This document shows, piece by piece, positions 18,344 through 26,839 of a DNA stretch of 64,000 bases. The notes beneath the pieces are model-generated. The model was not told the origin of the DNA and ran no database searches. It saw nothing but the letters and a program-made list of their open reading frames with translations. Source of the stretch: Candidatus Poribacteria bacterium (GTDB lineage Bacteria; Poribacteria; WGA-4E; WGA-3G); NCBI GenBank assembly GCA_965205015.1, contig OZ242029.1, positions 2,304,001 through 2,368,000 of the forward strand. The letters are read 5' to 3'. A program made the position numbers and the translations under genes. Position 1 is the stretch's first letter; each line of letters starts with the position of its first letter.

Positions 18344-18496
18344 ATGTTCAACGGAATAGAATTCATTATCGGCAGTTTGGGTGCCCTCATCGGTATTGGT
18401 GGCGGCTACTTAGTCCTTTCTGCCTTCTTCGCGGGTATCCGGCACATCACGAAGCCCGGTGCCGTTGAGGTCAAAGAGACGAGGCAAGAGAAATAG
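18344..18496 (+). CDS. Small single-TM protein, 50 aa (MFNGIEFIIGSLGALIGIGGGYLVLSAFFAGIRHITKPGAVEVKETRQEK)
   Basis: Below the ORF-track cutoff; GAGGAG RBS, Gly-rich hydrophobic helix, charged tail. Confidence 0.7.
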   Translation: MFNGIEFIIGSLGALIGIGGGYLVLSAFFAGIRHITKPGAVEVKETRQEK

Positions 18497-18527
18497 TTAT
18501 TGGGCTCATAAGCTACGCGGAGAAGGC

Positions 18528-18556
18528 TTGACAATCGAAGTGTTTTGTGTTATAAT
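18528..18556 (+). promoter_or_regulatory. Consensus sigma70 promoter upstream of nfi
   Basis: TTGACA-17 bp-TATAAT with an extended TG. Confidence 0.8.
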
Positions 18557-18656
18557 TTATTAAACATCCATCGTGGAGGGTTGACCTCCGCACGCTTTCT
18601 TTGTGCCTGAAACATTTAAAACACGACGTTTACATTGAAAACGAACAGCGGCAGCT

Positions 18657-19346
18657 ATGCAGTATCGCGACCTCCATTCATGGGATGTTACGCCTGAAGA
18701 AGCGCGGCAGCTCCAAAACGAACTCCGCACGCAGGTGGTTGGAACAGACCGGTTTGGAAAAATCAACACCGTTGCTGGGGCAGATATCGGATTCAAGAAG
18801 GACATCGCACGTGCATCCGTGGTAGTCCTCAGTTTTCCGGAGTTGCAGGTGGTGGAGAGCGTGGTCACTGAAAGCCCTGTTCGTTTTCCTTATATACCGG
18901 GACTGTTGTCCTTTCGGGAGATCCCGCCCCTGCTGACAGCATTCACGCAGTTACAAACCGAGCCGGATCTGGTGATAGTAGACGGACAGGGGATCGCACA
19001 CCCCAGGCGGTTTGGACTCGCATCGCACTTGGGGCTGGTTTTGGATAAACCCACGATTGGATGTGCAAAATCCCGACTTTGGGGACGCTACGAGGAGCCG
19101 GAAACGGAACAGGCCTCTTACACCTACCTGATGGACAAAGACGAGGTGATCGGTGCCGCTGTCCGCACGCGTAAAAATGTTCAGGTGGTGTACATATCTA
19201 TAGGACACCGAATTTCTCTGGATTCCGCACGTACATGGACGCTCGCGTGTTGTCGAGGCTACCGCTTACCCGAGACGACCCGTTATGCACATAACGCTGC
19301 ATCCGGTAAAGTTCCCCAAAATACACCAATGCTTCCAATACCATGA
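18657..19346 (+). CDS. nfi: Endonuclease V (deoxyinosine 3' endonuclease)
   Basis: VAGADIG, FPYIPGLLSFRE, VDGQGIAHPRRFGLASHLG, GCAKS, RLPETTR.AH. Confidence 0.96.
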   Translation: MQYRDLHSWDVTPEEARQLQNELRTQVVGTDRFGKINTVAGADIGFKKDIARASVVVLSFPELQVVESVVTESPVRFPYIPGLLSFREIPPLLTAFTQLQTEPDLVIVDGQGIAHPRRFGLASHLGLVLDKPTIGCAKSRLWGRYEEPETEQASYTYLMDKDEVIGAAVRTRKNVQVVYISIGHRISLDSARTWTLACCRGYRLPETTRYAHNAASGKVPQNTPMLPIP

Positions 19347-20134
19347 ATAATCGCAATTCGCTGCACTGGTCCTTTGACTACAATTACGGTGCCCAAAACC
19401 CCCAATTTGCACAAGAATTAATCGGAACGCTTCGCGGATATGGTCCAGAAGTTGGCGCGCACGACACCCAGACAGCGCAAACGATCACACATGTTTACAA
19501 TGTGCTACCGAACTATTGGCGTGGTTATCACAGAGGAGGGAACACGGAGACACTGCGGATCGGAACAGCCATCGTCGAACGGCGCAAAAACGACAATCTG
19601 TGGCACTATTCTGTCACATACGAGAATACAACGAGCGGCGAGAACCTACGAATGCAATTCTGTTGTCGTGATGAAAACTACCGTCCGCTTCGGGGTGATT
19701 GGAGTGTTGATGCCCGGAACAGTGCTAACGATGAATACTCCGAATTGACGTGTACGGGTTATCTCACCTCGGATTCAGAGGTGTGGCTGCGCATCAACGG
19801 GACTGAAATTGCTGCAGGAACAGTGGACGGAGTCGTCACATTAACGTGCAATTGGGCACTCTTCGATGTGATTCCCATGCTTGCCCGAACAATTCAGGCA
19901 TCGGGCGATGGGATAGACCTCGCTGTACTTGAGGACTTGGAACAACTGAGACTAAAAAGTAAGATCGGTTTCCTTGAGTCGATCCAGACCCCTATCCCGC
20001 TTGACGGTTATTATCTTTACGGTACTGGACTGTTGCCTTCGTATTGGTGGCTCGATGCACACGGAAACATCGCTATCGCTTCAACCTTTTTCGAGACGTT
20101 CGTGCTGAGAGAGAGGATGGAGGACCGTGTATGA
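19343..20134 (+). CDS. Hypothetical protein
   Basis: 263 aa with ATGA overlaps on both sides; no motif recognised. Confidence 0.75.
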   Translation: MNNRNSLHWSFDYNYGAQNPQFAQELIGTLRGYGPEVGAHDTQTAQTITHVYNVLPNYWRGYHRGGNTETLRIGTAIVERRKNDNLWHYSVTYENTTSGENLRMQFCCRDENYRPLRGDWSVDARNSANDEYSELTCTGYLTSDSEVWLRINGTEIAAGTVDGVVTLTCNWALFDVIPMLARTIQASGDGIDLAVLEDLEQLRLKSKIGFLESIQTPIPLDGYYLYGTGLLPSYWWLDAHGNIAIASTFFETFVLRERMEDRV

Positions 20135-21561
20135 ACAAACGTCCCAATATTCTTTTTATCAACACCGACCAGCACTCGTGGGATGCGATTTCGGCTTACG
20201 GTAATCCGTTCCTTCGAACACCCAATATTGATGAACTTCATCGAAACGGGACCTCCTTTCGCAGATCGTTCTGCACAGATCCAGTGTGTGCCGCCGCTCG
20301 TTCCAGTTGGGCGACGGGTCTATACACCTCCGAAACGGGAGTCCCGTTTAACGGTGGATATTTGCACCCAGAAATCCCTGACCTTGGACAATTGCTCAAC
20401 GCAGGTGGCTATCAAGCATTCCACTGCGGTAAGTGGCATGTTCCGGGCAGAGATGTCCGCGAGAGTTTTCAGACCCTCTATTACGGGCAACAGGACATTG
20501 GCGCAGGGGGTGCCGCATACTACGATTCGGCATCTACGCACGCAGTTGCTGATTTCTTGACGAACTACAACAGCGACGATCCATTCTACCTCCAGATCGG
20601 TTACGTTGATCCGCACGACGTATGCGAATATTTGCACAACCATGAGGAGAAGCATATCCCAAATCCATTGGAGCAGGGAATCGTTTCCGAAGACGATCTG
20701 CCGCCGCTCCCAGAAAACTTCGATTACGATGAACGGGAAACGGCGTTACATCGTGTCTGCCGAAGGGTTGACGACGCGCTTATCCACGCGGCGATTCTTA
20801 AAGGGGTCCGGGATTGGGATGAATTCCACTGGCGTTACCTGAGATGGAACTATTACCGGTTCATTGAGAAGGTTGACGCAGAAATTGGGAGAGTCCTCAC
20901 GTTGCTCCGAGAGACATCTCGACACCATAACACGCTCATTATCTTCAGCGCCGACCACGGGGAGGCATGCGGTAGCCACCAGATGTTCCAGAAATTCACG
21001 CTTTATGAAGAGAGCGTGAAGGTCCCGTTCATCGTCGCATGTTTGGGAGAAGATGTTCCTGTAGAGAAGGATCGGTTTGATGATACGCATTTCATTTCTG
21101 GTGTTGATCTATTCCCTACTGTCTGCGATTACGCCGGTATTGATGTGCCTGAAGGGATACAGGGATTAAGTGTCCGTCCGCTTGCGGAGGGGAAGGATGT
21201 CCCTTGGCGCGATTACGCCTACATAGAGAGCAATTATTGGGGACGTGCAATTGTCACTGATCGGTATAAATACGTTACAGAATACAAACCGAAAGCAGTA
21301 GAGGACTTCCAACCTCCTGGACCGGATACCGAACAACTTGGACTGGCACAGTTGTTTGACCGACAGAGTGATCCTGGGGAGACGGAAAATTTAGCAGGAA
21401 ACCCAACTTACGACGAAGCCGTTAAGATATGCAGAAACAAATTGTTCGCCCAAGAAGCCACACTTCATCGGCAAGTCCTCGTGCATCCAAGTCCAAAGCG
21501 AGTCATATCGAATTGGGGCGATCGGTTACGAACGTATTGGCAGATGGCAGACAGCCATTAG
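20131..21561 (+). CDS. Formylglycine-dependent sulfatase (S1 family)
   Basis: RPNILFINTDQ, CAAAR (CxAxR) motif, GKWH, SADHG, YEESVKVPFI; GGAGG RBS. Confidence 0.92.
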   Translation: MNKRPNILFINTDQHSWDAISAYGNPFLRTPNIDELHRNGTSFRRSFCTDPVCAAARSSWATGLYTSETGVPFNGGYLHPEIPDLGQLLNAGGYQAFHCGKWHVPGRDVRESFQTLYYGQQDIGAGGAAYYDSASTHAVADFLTNYNSDDPFYLQIGYVDPHDVCEYLHNHEEKHIPNPLEQGIVSEDDLPPLPENFDYDERETALHRVCRRVDDALIHAAILKGVRDWDEFHWRYLRWNYYRFIEKVDAEIGRVLTLLRETSRHHNTLIIFSADHGEACGSHQMFQKFTLYEESVKVPFIVACLGEDVPVEKDRFDDTHFISGVDLFPTVCDYAGIDVPEGIQGLSVRPLAEGKDVPWRDYAYIESNYWGRAIVTDRYKYVTEYKPKAVEDFQPPGPDTEQLGLAQLFDRQSDPGETENLAGNPTYDEAVKICRNKLFAQEATLHRQVLVHPSPKRVISNWGDRLRTYWQMADSH

Positions 21562-21611
21562 CAATCAGCAGTTAGTTAAGAGGTTTTCGTCTCACAAAAA
21601 TATCCTCTTAA
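21555..21611 (+). repeat. Heptamer repeat with TTAAGAGG...CCTCTTAA hairpin, copy 2
   Basis: cattagcaatcagcagttagTTAAGAGG-20 nt-CCTCTTAA. Confidence 0.55.
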
Positions 21612-21625
21612 GAGAGCCTCAAATC

Positions 21626-21715
21626 CCGTAGTCCGTAAGCGTAGCGGAGGGCGAATTTGAGAGACGCACGTTATAGTCCAAACGCACGAACTGTACCCGC
21701 AAGGTATAATTAAAA
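21626..21715 (+). repeat. Dispersed CCGCAAGG element, copy C
   Basis: gtagtccgtaagcgtagcggagggcg...gagacgcacgttatagtccaaacgcacg...ccgcaaggtataattaaaa directly before ATG 21717. Confidence 0.75.
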
Positions 21716-21716
21716 G

Positions 21717-22892
21717 ATGAATATATTTTCAAAACGCTTAAATCGACTCCCACCCTACATGTTCGGCAAACTCAGGCAGTTAACACACGAACGTCGGCAG
21801 CAAGGCATCGATATTATCGATTTGGGGATGGGCAATCCGAATCAACCGACCCCGCAACCTATTATTGATAAATTGACGGAGGCGGCACAAGAACTCAGAA
21901 ATCACCGCTATTCCGTTTCGCGTGGTATCTACAACCTGCGTAGGGAAGTCAGTTGGCATTATGAACGCCGGTTCGGTGTTGATATTGATCCGAATGAGGA
22001 GGCAATCGCTGTTATTGGCACAAAAGAGGGACTTGGACACCTCGCTTTAGCTTTGATTGACAATGGCGACTTAGCGATGGTCCCGAATCCGACCTTTCCC
22101 ATTCACATGTACAGCATTGTGCTCGCGGGTGGAAGCGTTGTGAGCATACCCCTCACAGAAGAGAACGCTTTCATCCCCTCGCTCACCGAAATCACGCGCG
22201 ACATTTGGCCCAGACCCAAGGTATTAATCTTAAGTTTTCCGCATAACCCAACGGGTGCTGTTGTCGACCTCGGATTCTTTGAGGAGATTGTTGCCTTCGC
22301 GAAACGCCAAGAGATTGTTGTGATCCACGATTTGGCGTATGCAGACATTGTTTTTGATGGCTACAAGGCACCGAGTCTCTTGCAAGCAAAAGGGGCGAAG
22401 GATATCGGTATCGAATTTATCTCTCTGTCTAAATCCTACAACATGGCGGGGTGGCGGTGTGGGTTTGCTGCTGGAAACCGTGAGATTGTCGAAGCACTCG
22501 CTCGGATTAAAGGATATTACGATTATGGGATTTTCGCACCGATCCAGGTTGCTGCGATTATGGCACTGCGGACCCCAGAGGATACGGTGATGGAAAACGC
22601 TGCCGTTTACCAAAAACGCCGGGATGTGCTTGTGGATGGTCTCAACAGGATCGGATGGAGGGTCCCAAAACCGCAGGCATCAATGTTCGTCTGGGCACCG
22701 ATTCCTGACGCATGGAAGCACCTCAGCTCCATGGAATTCGCCATGAGACTTCTGAGTGAGGCAGAGGTCTGTGTTTCTCCGGGTGCAGGGTTCGGGCACA
22801 ACGGTGAGGGATATATCCGTATTGCCCTCGTAGAGAACGAAGATCGGATTCGTCAGGCAGTGCGTCAGATCCGACGGGCACTGTTCGGTTAA
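21717..22892 (+). CDS. PLP-dependent class I/II aminotransferase (AlaC/LL-DAP aminotransferase-like)
   Basis: RLPPYMF, DLGMGNP, FPHNPTG, HDLAY, SLSKSYNMAGWR, SPGAGFG. Confidence 0.92.
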   Translation: MNIFSKRLNRLPPYMFGKLRQLTHERRQQGIDIIDLGMGNPNQPTPQPIIDKLTEAAQELRNHRYSVSRGIYNLRREVSWHYERRFGVDIDPNEEAIAVIGTKEGLGHLALALIDNGDLAMVPNPTFPIHMYSIVLAGGSVVSIPLTEENAFIPSLTEITRDIWPRPKVLILSFPHNPTGAVVDLGFFEEIVAFAKRQEIVVIHDLAYADIVFDGYKAPSLLQAKGAKDIGIEFISLSKSYNMAGWRCGFAAGNREIVEALARIKGYYDYGIFAPIQVAAIMALRTPEDTVMENAAVYQKRRDVLVDGLNRIGWRVPKPQASMFVWAPIPDAWKHLSSMEFAMRLLSEAEVCVSPGAGFGHNGEGYIRIALVENEDRIRQAVRQIRRALFG

Positions 22893-22926
22893 TCGTAGGG
22901 ACGCGCTAAATACCAAATATTAGATG

Positions 22927-22992
22927 GATATGTATACAAATTATACATATCAACGCCGATATGTATAAAAATCGCCAAAAATTATACATGTC
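22927..22992. repeat. Double-palindrome element upstream of fic
   Basis: GATATGTATA-caaat-TATACATATC followed by GATATGTATA-N15-TATACATGTC. Confidence 0.88.
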
Positions 22993-23016
22993 CGGTTGTC
23001 AAGACTGGTGACAACA

Positions 23017-24102
23017 ATGCCTCAACTCGATCCAAATCTCCCATGGAACGATATTCCTGAACTTCCGCCTCCTGTAGACCTTGAATCGCGTGACATCCTC
23101 AAAGCGTGCATACCAGCGATGACTGCGCTTGCGAGGGCAAATGCCTTGGTGCAGCAGCTGCCAAGCGAAGAGGTTCTGATAAATACACTACCGCTTCAGG
23201 AAGCACGTAGGAGTTCGGAAATCGAAAACATCGTTACAACGAACGATGAACTGTACCGAGCTATGACATCTGATAGAAACCAAATTGCCTCCAATGTCAA
23301 AGAAGTGTTACGCTACCGCGAGGCATTGTGGGAAGGTGTCAGTCACATCCGAGAAGGCTCAACTCTGGACATACAACTCTTTGAACAGATCTGCTCGCGT
23401 ATTCTTGACGAAAAAATGAAAGTACGTAACGGCCCGGTAGTGATTGAAAACCGAGCGACACAAGAGCTCATTTACAGACCCCCAACCGGATATGGAAATC
23501 TTATTAGATTGTTAATTAATCTTGAGCGATTCATTAATGATAAGGATGATGGATTTGAACCGCTTGTCAAAATGGCCGTGATGCACTACCAGTTTGAGGC
23601 AATACACCCTTTCATGGATGGCAATGGGCGAACGGGACGCATACTTAATATCCTCTATTTGGTACAACAAGGACTGCTTGATGTACCAATACTTTATCTC
23701 AGCCGTTTCTTTATCCAAAATCGGGATGAGTATTATTGCTATCTTCGTGAAGTCACGGAAAACGGAAGTTGGCAGCAGTGGATTCTCTACATCTTGGCAG
23801 CAGTGGAACAGACCTCACGAGACACTGTAGAGAAAATAGAGGCAGTTAATCGCCTTATCAACAACGTCGTGATAAAAACGCGTGGCAGAACAAAAGCCGT
23901 TGAACGAGAAGGATTTGTCGATTTGCTTTTCAAGTGGCCTTACTGCAAAATTAATATCGTTGAAAGGGAACTAGCGTGTAGTCGTATTACAGCTACAAGG
24001 TACCTGAACCAAATGGTAACACTTGGGGTACTTGAGCGAGTGAAGATAGGACGAGAGTACTACTACATCAACAAGGGGCTTATGGAATTGCTGTCAGAAT
24101 AA
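23017..24102 (+). CDS. fic: Fic family AMPylase, SoFic-like (class II, C-terminal wHTH)
   Basis: HPFMDGNGRTGR Fic motif, SSEIEN autoinhibitory motif, PWNDIPELPP N-terminus, SRITATRYL...GVL HTH. Confidence 0.92.
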   Translation: MPQLDPNLPWNDIPELPPPVDLESRDILKACIPAMTALARANALVQQLPSEEVLINTLPLQEARRSSEIENIVTTNDELYRAMTSDRNQIASNVKEVLRYREALWEGVSHIREGSTLDIQLFEQICSRILDEKMKVRNGPVVIENRATQELIYRPPTGYGNLIRLLINLERFINDKDDGFEPLVKMAVMHYQFEAIHPFMDGNGRTGRILNILYLVQQGLLDVPILYLSRFFIQNRDEYYCYLREVTENGSWQQWILYILAAVEQTSRDTVEKIEAVNRLINNVVIKTRGRTKAVEREGFVDLLFKWPYCKINIVERELACSRITATRYLNQMVTLGVLERVKIGREYYYINKGLMELLSE

Positions 24103-24127
24103 ACTTTAGGTGAAAACTGGAAATAGA

Positions 24128-24192
24128 ATATGTATACAAATTATACATATCAGCTTGGATATGTATACAAATTGCGAAAAAGTATACATATC
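24128..24192. repeat. Double-palindrome element downstream of fic
   Basis: Direct repeat of 22928-22992 at a 1200-bp offset with identical internal spacing; enclosed by ACTTTAGGT/ACCTAAAGT. Confidence 0.88.
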
Positions 24193-24244
24193 TGACCTAA
24201 AGTGATAGAAATTGCTCAAAAACCATGTCCCTTAAGTGTGAGAA

Positions 24245-25147
24245 CTACTCCAATCCCCACTCTTTCTTCGCTTCCTCGAACGAAATCTTTTGGCTGCCCG
24301 TGTGAGAGATCGGGTTTTTGCCGACCCATCGTTCATCAATTGGGTCCTCTGCGGGTTGGAAACGGATGTCACAACTGATTCGCCATCTATCGGAGAGATT
24401 CTTCGTAGAGGTGTGCATCGTGTGCATCGTAAAGATGATGACATCCCCCATCTCGAAATCCGCTGTTTGCCAGTCCCCCCCATATTTTTCGCTGATCTCC
24501 ATCGGAACGCGCCCGAAATGTCCGGGGGTGCCGTCTCTGTCGACATCTGTTTTGCCGTAGGTGTCCCGAATCGGGGCGAAACTTGGGAGGTTGTGCGATC
24601 CGACAAGCACAGCCAACGTTCCCATTGTTGCTGGCACATCGCCGAACGGCACCCAACAGGTATGCAACTGCTCTGAACCTCTCCCCATATACACAAAATC
24701 GAAATGGGGTCCCGACCAGCCGTCAGGGCGGACGAATCGGAGCCACTTGTAATCGAAGGTGCGGGTATCGCCGCTAAAGAAGGTTCGGAAGAACTTGAAA
24801 AGTTCATCCCCCTCCAAAACCGCCTGCACGTCTGGATGGTGTGTAACGGCGGGCGTGCCCATCGTTCGACCAGGACTGCCACCACCAGCGATCGCCTCCA
24901 TTATGTCAGTGTCGGACTTGAAAACGTCGTCTTTTCCGTTGCCATTGGCGTATTCAAGGATAGCCCGACGCCCCGCAACAATCTTTTCTTTATCAATTAA
25001 GCCCCGAACGAGGAGATACCCGTCCTCTGCTATCTGTTCGTGTAAGCCTTCTCCTGAGTCGAGGACAGCGTTACAGTCCCGAAGCACACCGAGGTGTGGA
25101 CCCGGAAAGGTGAGTTCATGTTCTCCGAGAAAAACGGTTTCTGCCAT
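24245..25147 (-). CDS. Phytanoyl-CoA dioxygenase (PhyH) family protein
   Basis: EDGYLLVRG, HFDFVYMGRG, WVPFGD, GSH, GDVIIF...HTS, RISCDIRFQ. Confidence 0.88.
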   Translation of the reverse strand: MAETVFLGEHELTFPGPHLGVLRDCNAVLDSGEGLHEQIAEDGYLLVRGLIDKEKIVAGRRAILEYANGNGKDDVFKSDTDIMEAIAGGGSPGRTMGTPAVTHHPDVQAVLEGDELFKFFRTFFSGDTRTFDYKWLRFVRPDGWSGPHFDFVYMGRGSEQLHTCWVPFGDVPATMGTLAVLVGSHNLPSFAPIRDTYGKTDVDRDGTPGHFGRVPMEISEKYGGDWQTADFEMGDVIIFTMHTMHTSTKNLSDRWRISCDIRFQPAEDPIDERWVGKNPISHTGSQKISFEEAKKEWGLE

Positions 25148-25794
25148 TATTTCCCTCCAAATAGGGACGTTTCAATCCGTCGCGCCCCAAGTTGAAAAAG
25201 TGCTTTGTTTGCTGGTGTGTCAAAGGTAAAAACGGGTTTGCCCCATGATATTATCATCTGTGCGAATTCCAAGGTTTTGCTACCTTCTGCAGCGTGCGCG
25301 ATACAAATTTTGTCCGCAAGTGCTGCAACAAAAGCGTTTCGCTGGTTCGCCAATGCCGCAGTTGATCGCCGCTGATGACTTCCAAAAACGGATAAAATTA
25401 AGAGTCTATTTTCGGCGAATGCATCCTTCCACACCGATTTTAGCCGCATGTTCTCGATGCTGCGTGCCGGGCATAAAAGGATGGGTTGTGCGCCTCGCAA
25501 TAAAACGCGTAGGCATTCCTGCTCAACTGGCGAGTGGTACCCACCGATCGTTGGGATGCCTATTTCCTTGAATCTCTGTGCCAAGTCGTGCGCTTTCAGG
25601 ATAATCTCTCCCGGACATTTGCTGGAGCAGAAGAGTGCCCAGAGGTCCCCGTTTAAGGTGGTATTTTGCCCAGGTAATAAGTCGATATTCCCGCGTCCCC
25701 AGATCGTCTCTGGGGTTTCTGTTTTTAAATACCGTTCTAATCCTGCTGGATAATTTGGGTCTTTTTGTGTGATACGTTGAATCGGCTGCGTCAC
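25147..25794 (-). CDS. DprA/Smf-like Rossmann (SLOG) domain protein
   Basis: DPNYP..L, WGRGNIDLL, FCSSKCPG, GGYHSPVE, RNAFVAALAD, GSKT; GTG start. Confidence 0.8.
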   Translation of the reverse strand: MTQPIQRITQKDPNYPAGLERYLKTETPETIWGRGNIDLLPGQNTTLNGDLWALFCSSKCPGEIILKAHDLAQRFKEIGIPTIGGYHSPVEQECLRVLLRGAQPILLCPARSIENMRLKSVWKDAFAENRLLILSVFGSHQRRSTAALANQRNAFVAALADKICIAHAAEGSKTLEFAQMIISWGKPVFTFDTPANKALFQLGARRIETSLFGGK

Positions 25795-26038
25795 TTCCCA
25801 ATCCTACATGATATTAACTGACAGTTGGTGGAAGATAAATGCTATTTTTCTCTTGTAAAGGGTCTAAATGTCAGTAGGACTATTTTAACAAAACCCAGTA
25901 ATTAGTGCAAGCATCTAACTTATTGGTTATTGTCACTGCCCTCCATTTTTTTTCGAGGGTAGATTGTAGTTGATACCGTCAGGTTTGTAGTTTTAGGTTG
26001 GCTATTGGAAACTATAGAGATCTGAAAATTTCATAGTA

Positions 26039-26250
26039 TTTCACAGTAAGCGTTTGCACGAAGGTCTTTGTAACCCTTTCAAAACATAGGTGTGGTCTGG
26101 GTTTAGAGCCATTTGGGGCGTATGGAATTTTTGGGGGTTTACTGTGAAATTTTTAAAATTGAGACTCGGTTCGATCCTCTGAAAACCCAGTCACGGTGTG
26201 GGTTTAGAGCCACTTTGGGAATTTCGTGTTTTTTGGGGGTTACTGTGAAA
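26039..26250. repeat. Two ~69-bp imperfect direct repeats (101-bp period) plus an inverted TTTCACAGTAA
   Basis: AAAAC..TGGGTTTAGAGCCA..TTGGG..TTTTTGGGGGT(T)TACTGTGAAA at 26081-26149 and 26182-26250. Confidence 0.75.
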
Positions 26251-26296
26251 ATATTGTTATGTTGTATCAAAAATAACATATAGATAAATTTTTACC

Positions 26297-26839
26297 TTAA
26301 AATGTTACAGCAGAAAGCCGACGATGCGCTTCAGGCGGTGCCCCATTTTGCAACCAGAAAATAGGGTGTTCTTCCGTTGTCTTATCTGGATTTACCCATA
26401 TAATATTTCGGATTTCGCCAACCTGTTGGGATGCGCGCTTGAAAAGCACGCGGACGGTTTCATCAAGCGAAATGACGGTTTGATCAGTTGCCAGTGCCGC
26501 TTGAAGAAGATGAAAATCTTTTTGTATCGTTTCAATCTCATCTTCATCGCTTGCTGTATCTGTGACTTTGTCTTGAAGCTCCTCATTTTCTGGCGGATTG
26601 ATGCGATCTATTTTTCTGCGCGCATCCATTGACACCCGCCACTCAAGGGCAAAGCGAGATCGATGTCTTTTCCACTCATCGCTGATCTTTCTTGTCATTA
26701 CTACTCTATGATTCTGGGACCTTACTGCCTTTAGGAAATCACGACAATGAATAGCGCGTGGATCAGTCGCATCTTCATCACCGGAAGCTTGGGCAACATC
26801 AGTGTCAATCACCAATCGTTTTGAATCTCTTGCTCTCAC
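26297..26839 (-). CDS. PIN-fold-like putative nuclease
   Basis: LVIDTDV, EW, KDFHLLQAAL, VISLDE give a PIN-like acidic pattern; GTGA overlap with the ATPase. Confidence 0.65.
   Translation of the reverse strand: MRARDSKRLVIDTDVAQASGDEDATDPRAIHCRDFLKAVRSQNHRVVMTRKISDEWKRHRSRFALEWRVSMDARRKIDRINPPENEELQDKVTDTASDEDEIETIQKDFHLLQAALATDQTVISLDETVRVLFKRASQQVGEIRNIIWVNPDKTTEEHPIFWLQNGAPPEAHRRLSAVTF

Noticed and set aside
18573-18602. Riboswitch in the nfi leader
   Set aside because: Only one GGAGG/CCTCC hairpin with a short pyrimidine run; no recognisable aptamer.
20131-21561. Inactive sulfatase because CxPxR is absent
   Set aside because: CxAxR is a known functional variant of the formylglycine motif.
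22927-22951. Chromosomal dif/XerCD site
   Set aside because: Perfectly symmetric arms and no TTATGTTAAAT-like XerD arm; kept only as a generic recombination-site hypothesis.
26039-26250. Possible CRISPR array
   Set aside because: Only two long degenerate copies, no 3+ identical repeats with unique spacers, and no cas genes in the window.
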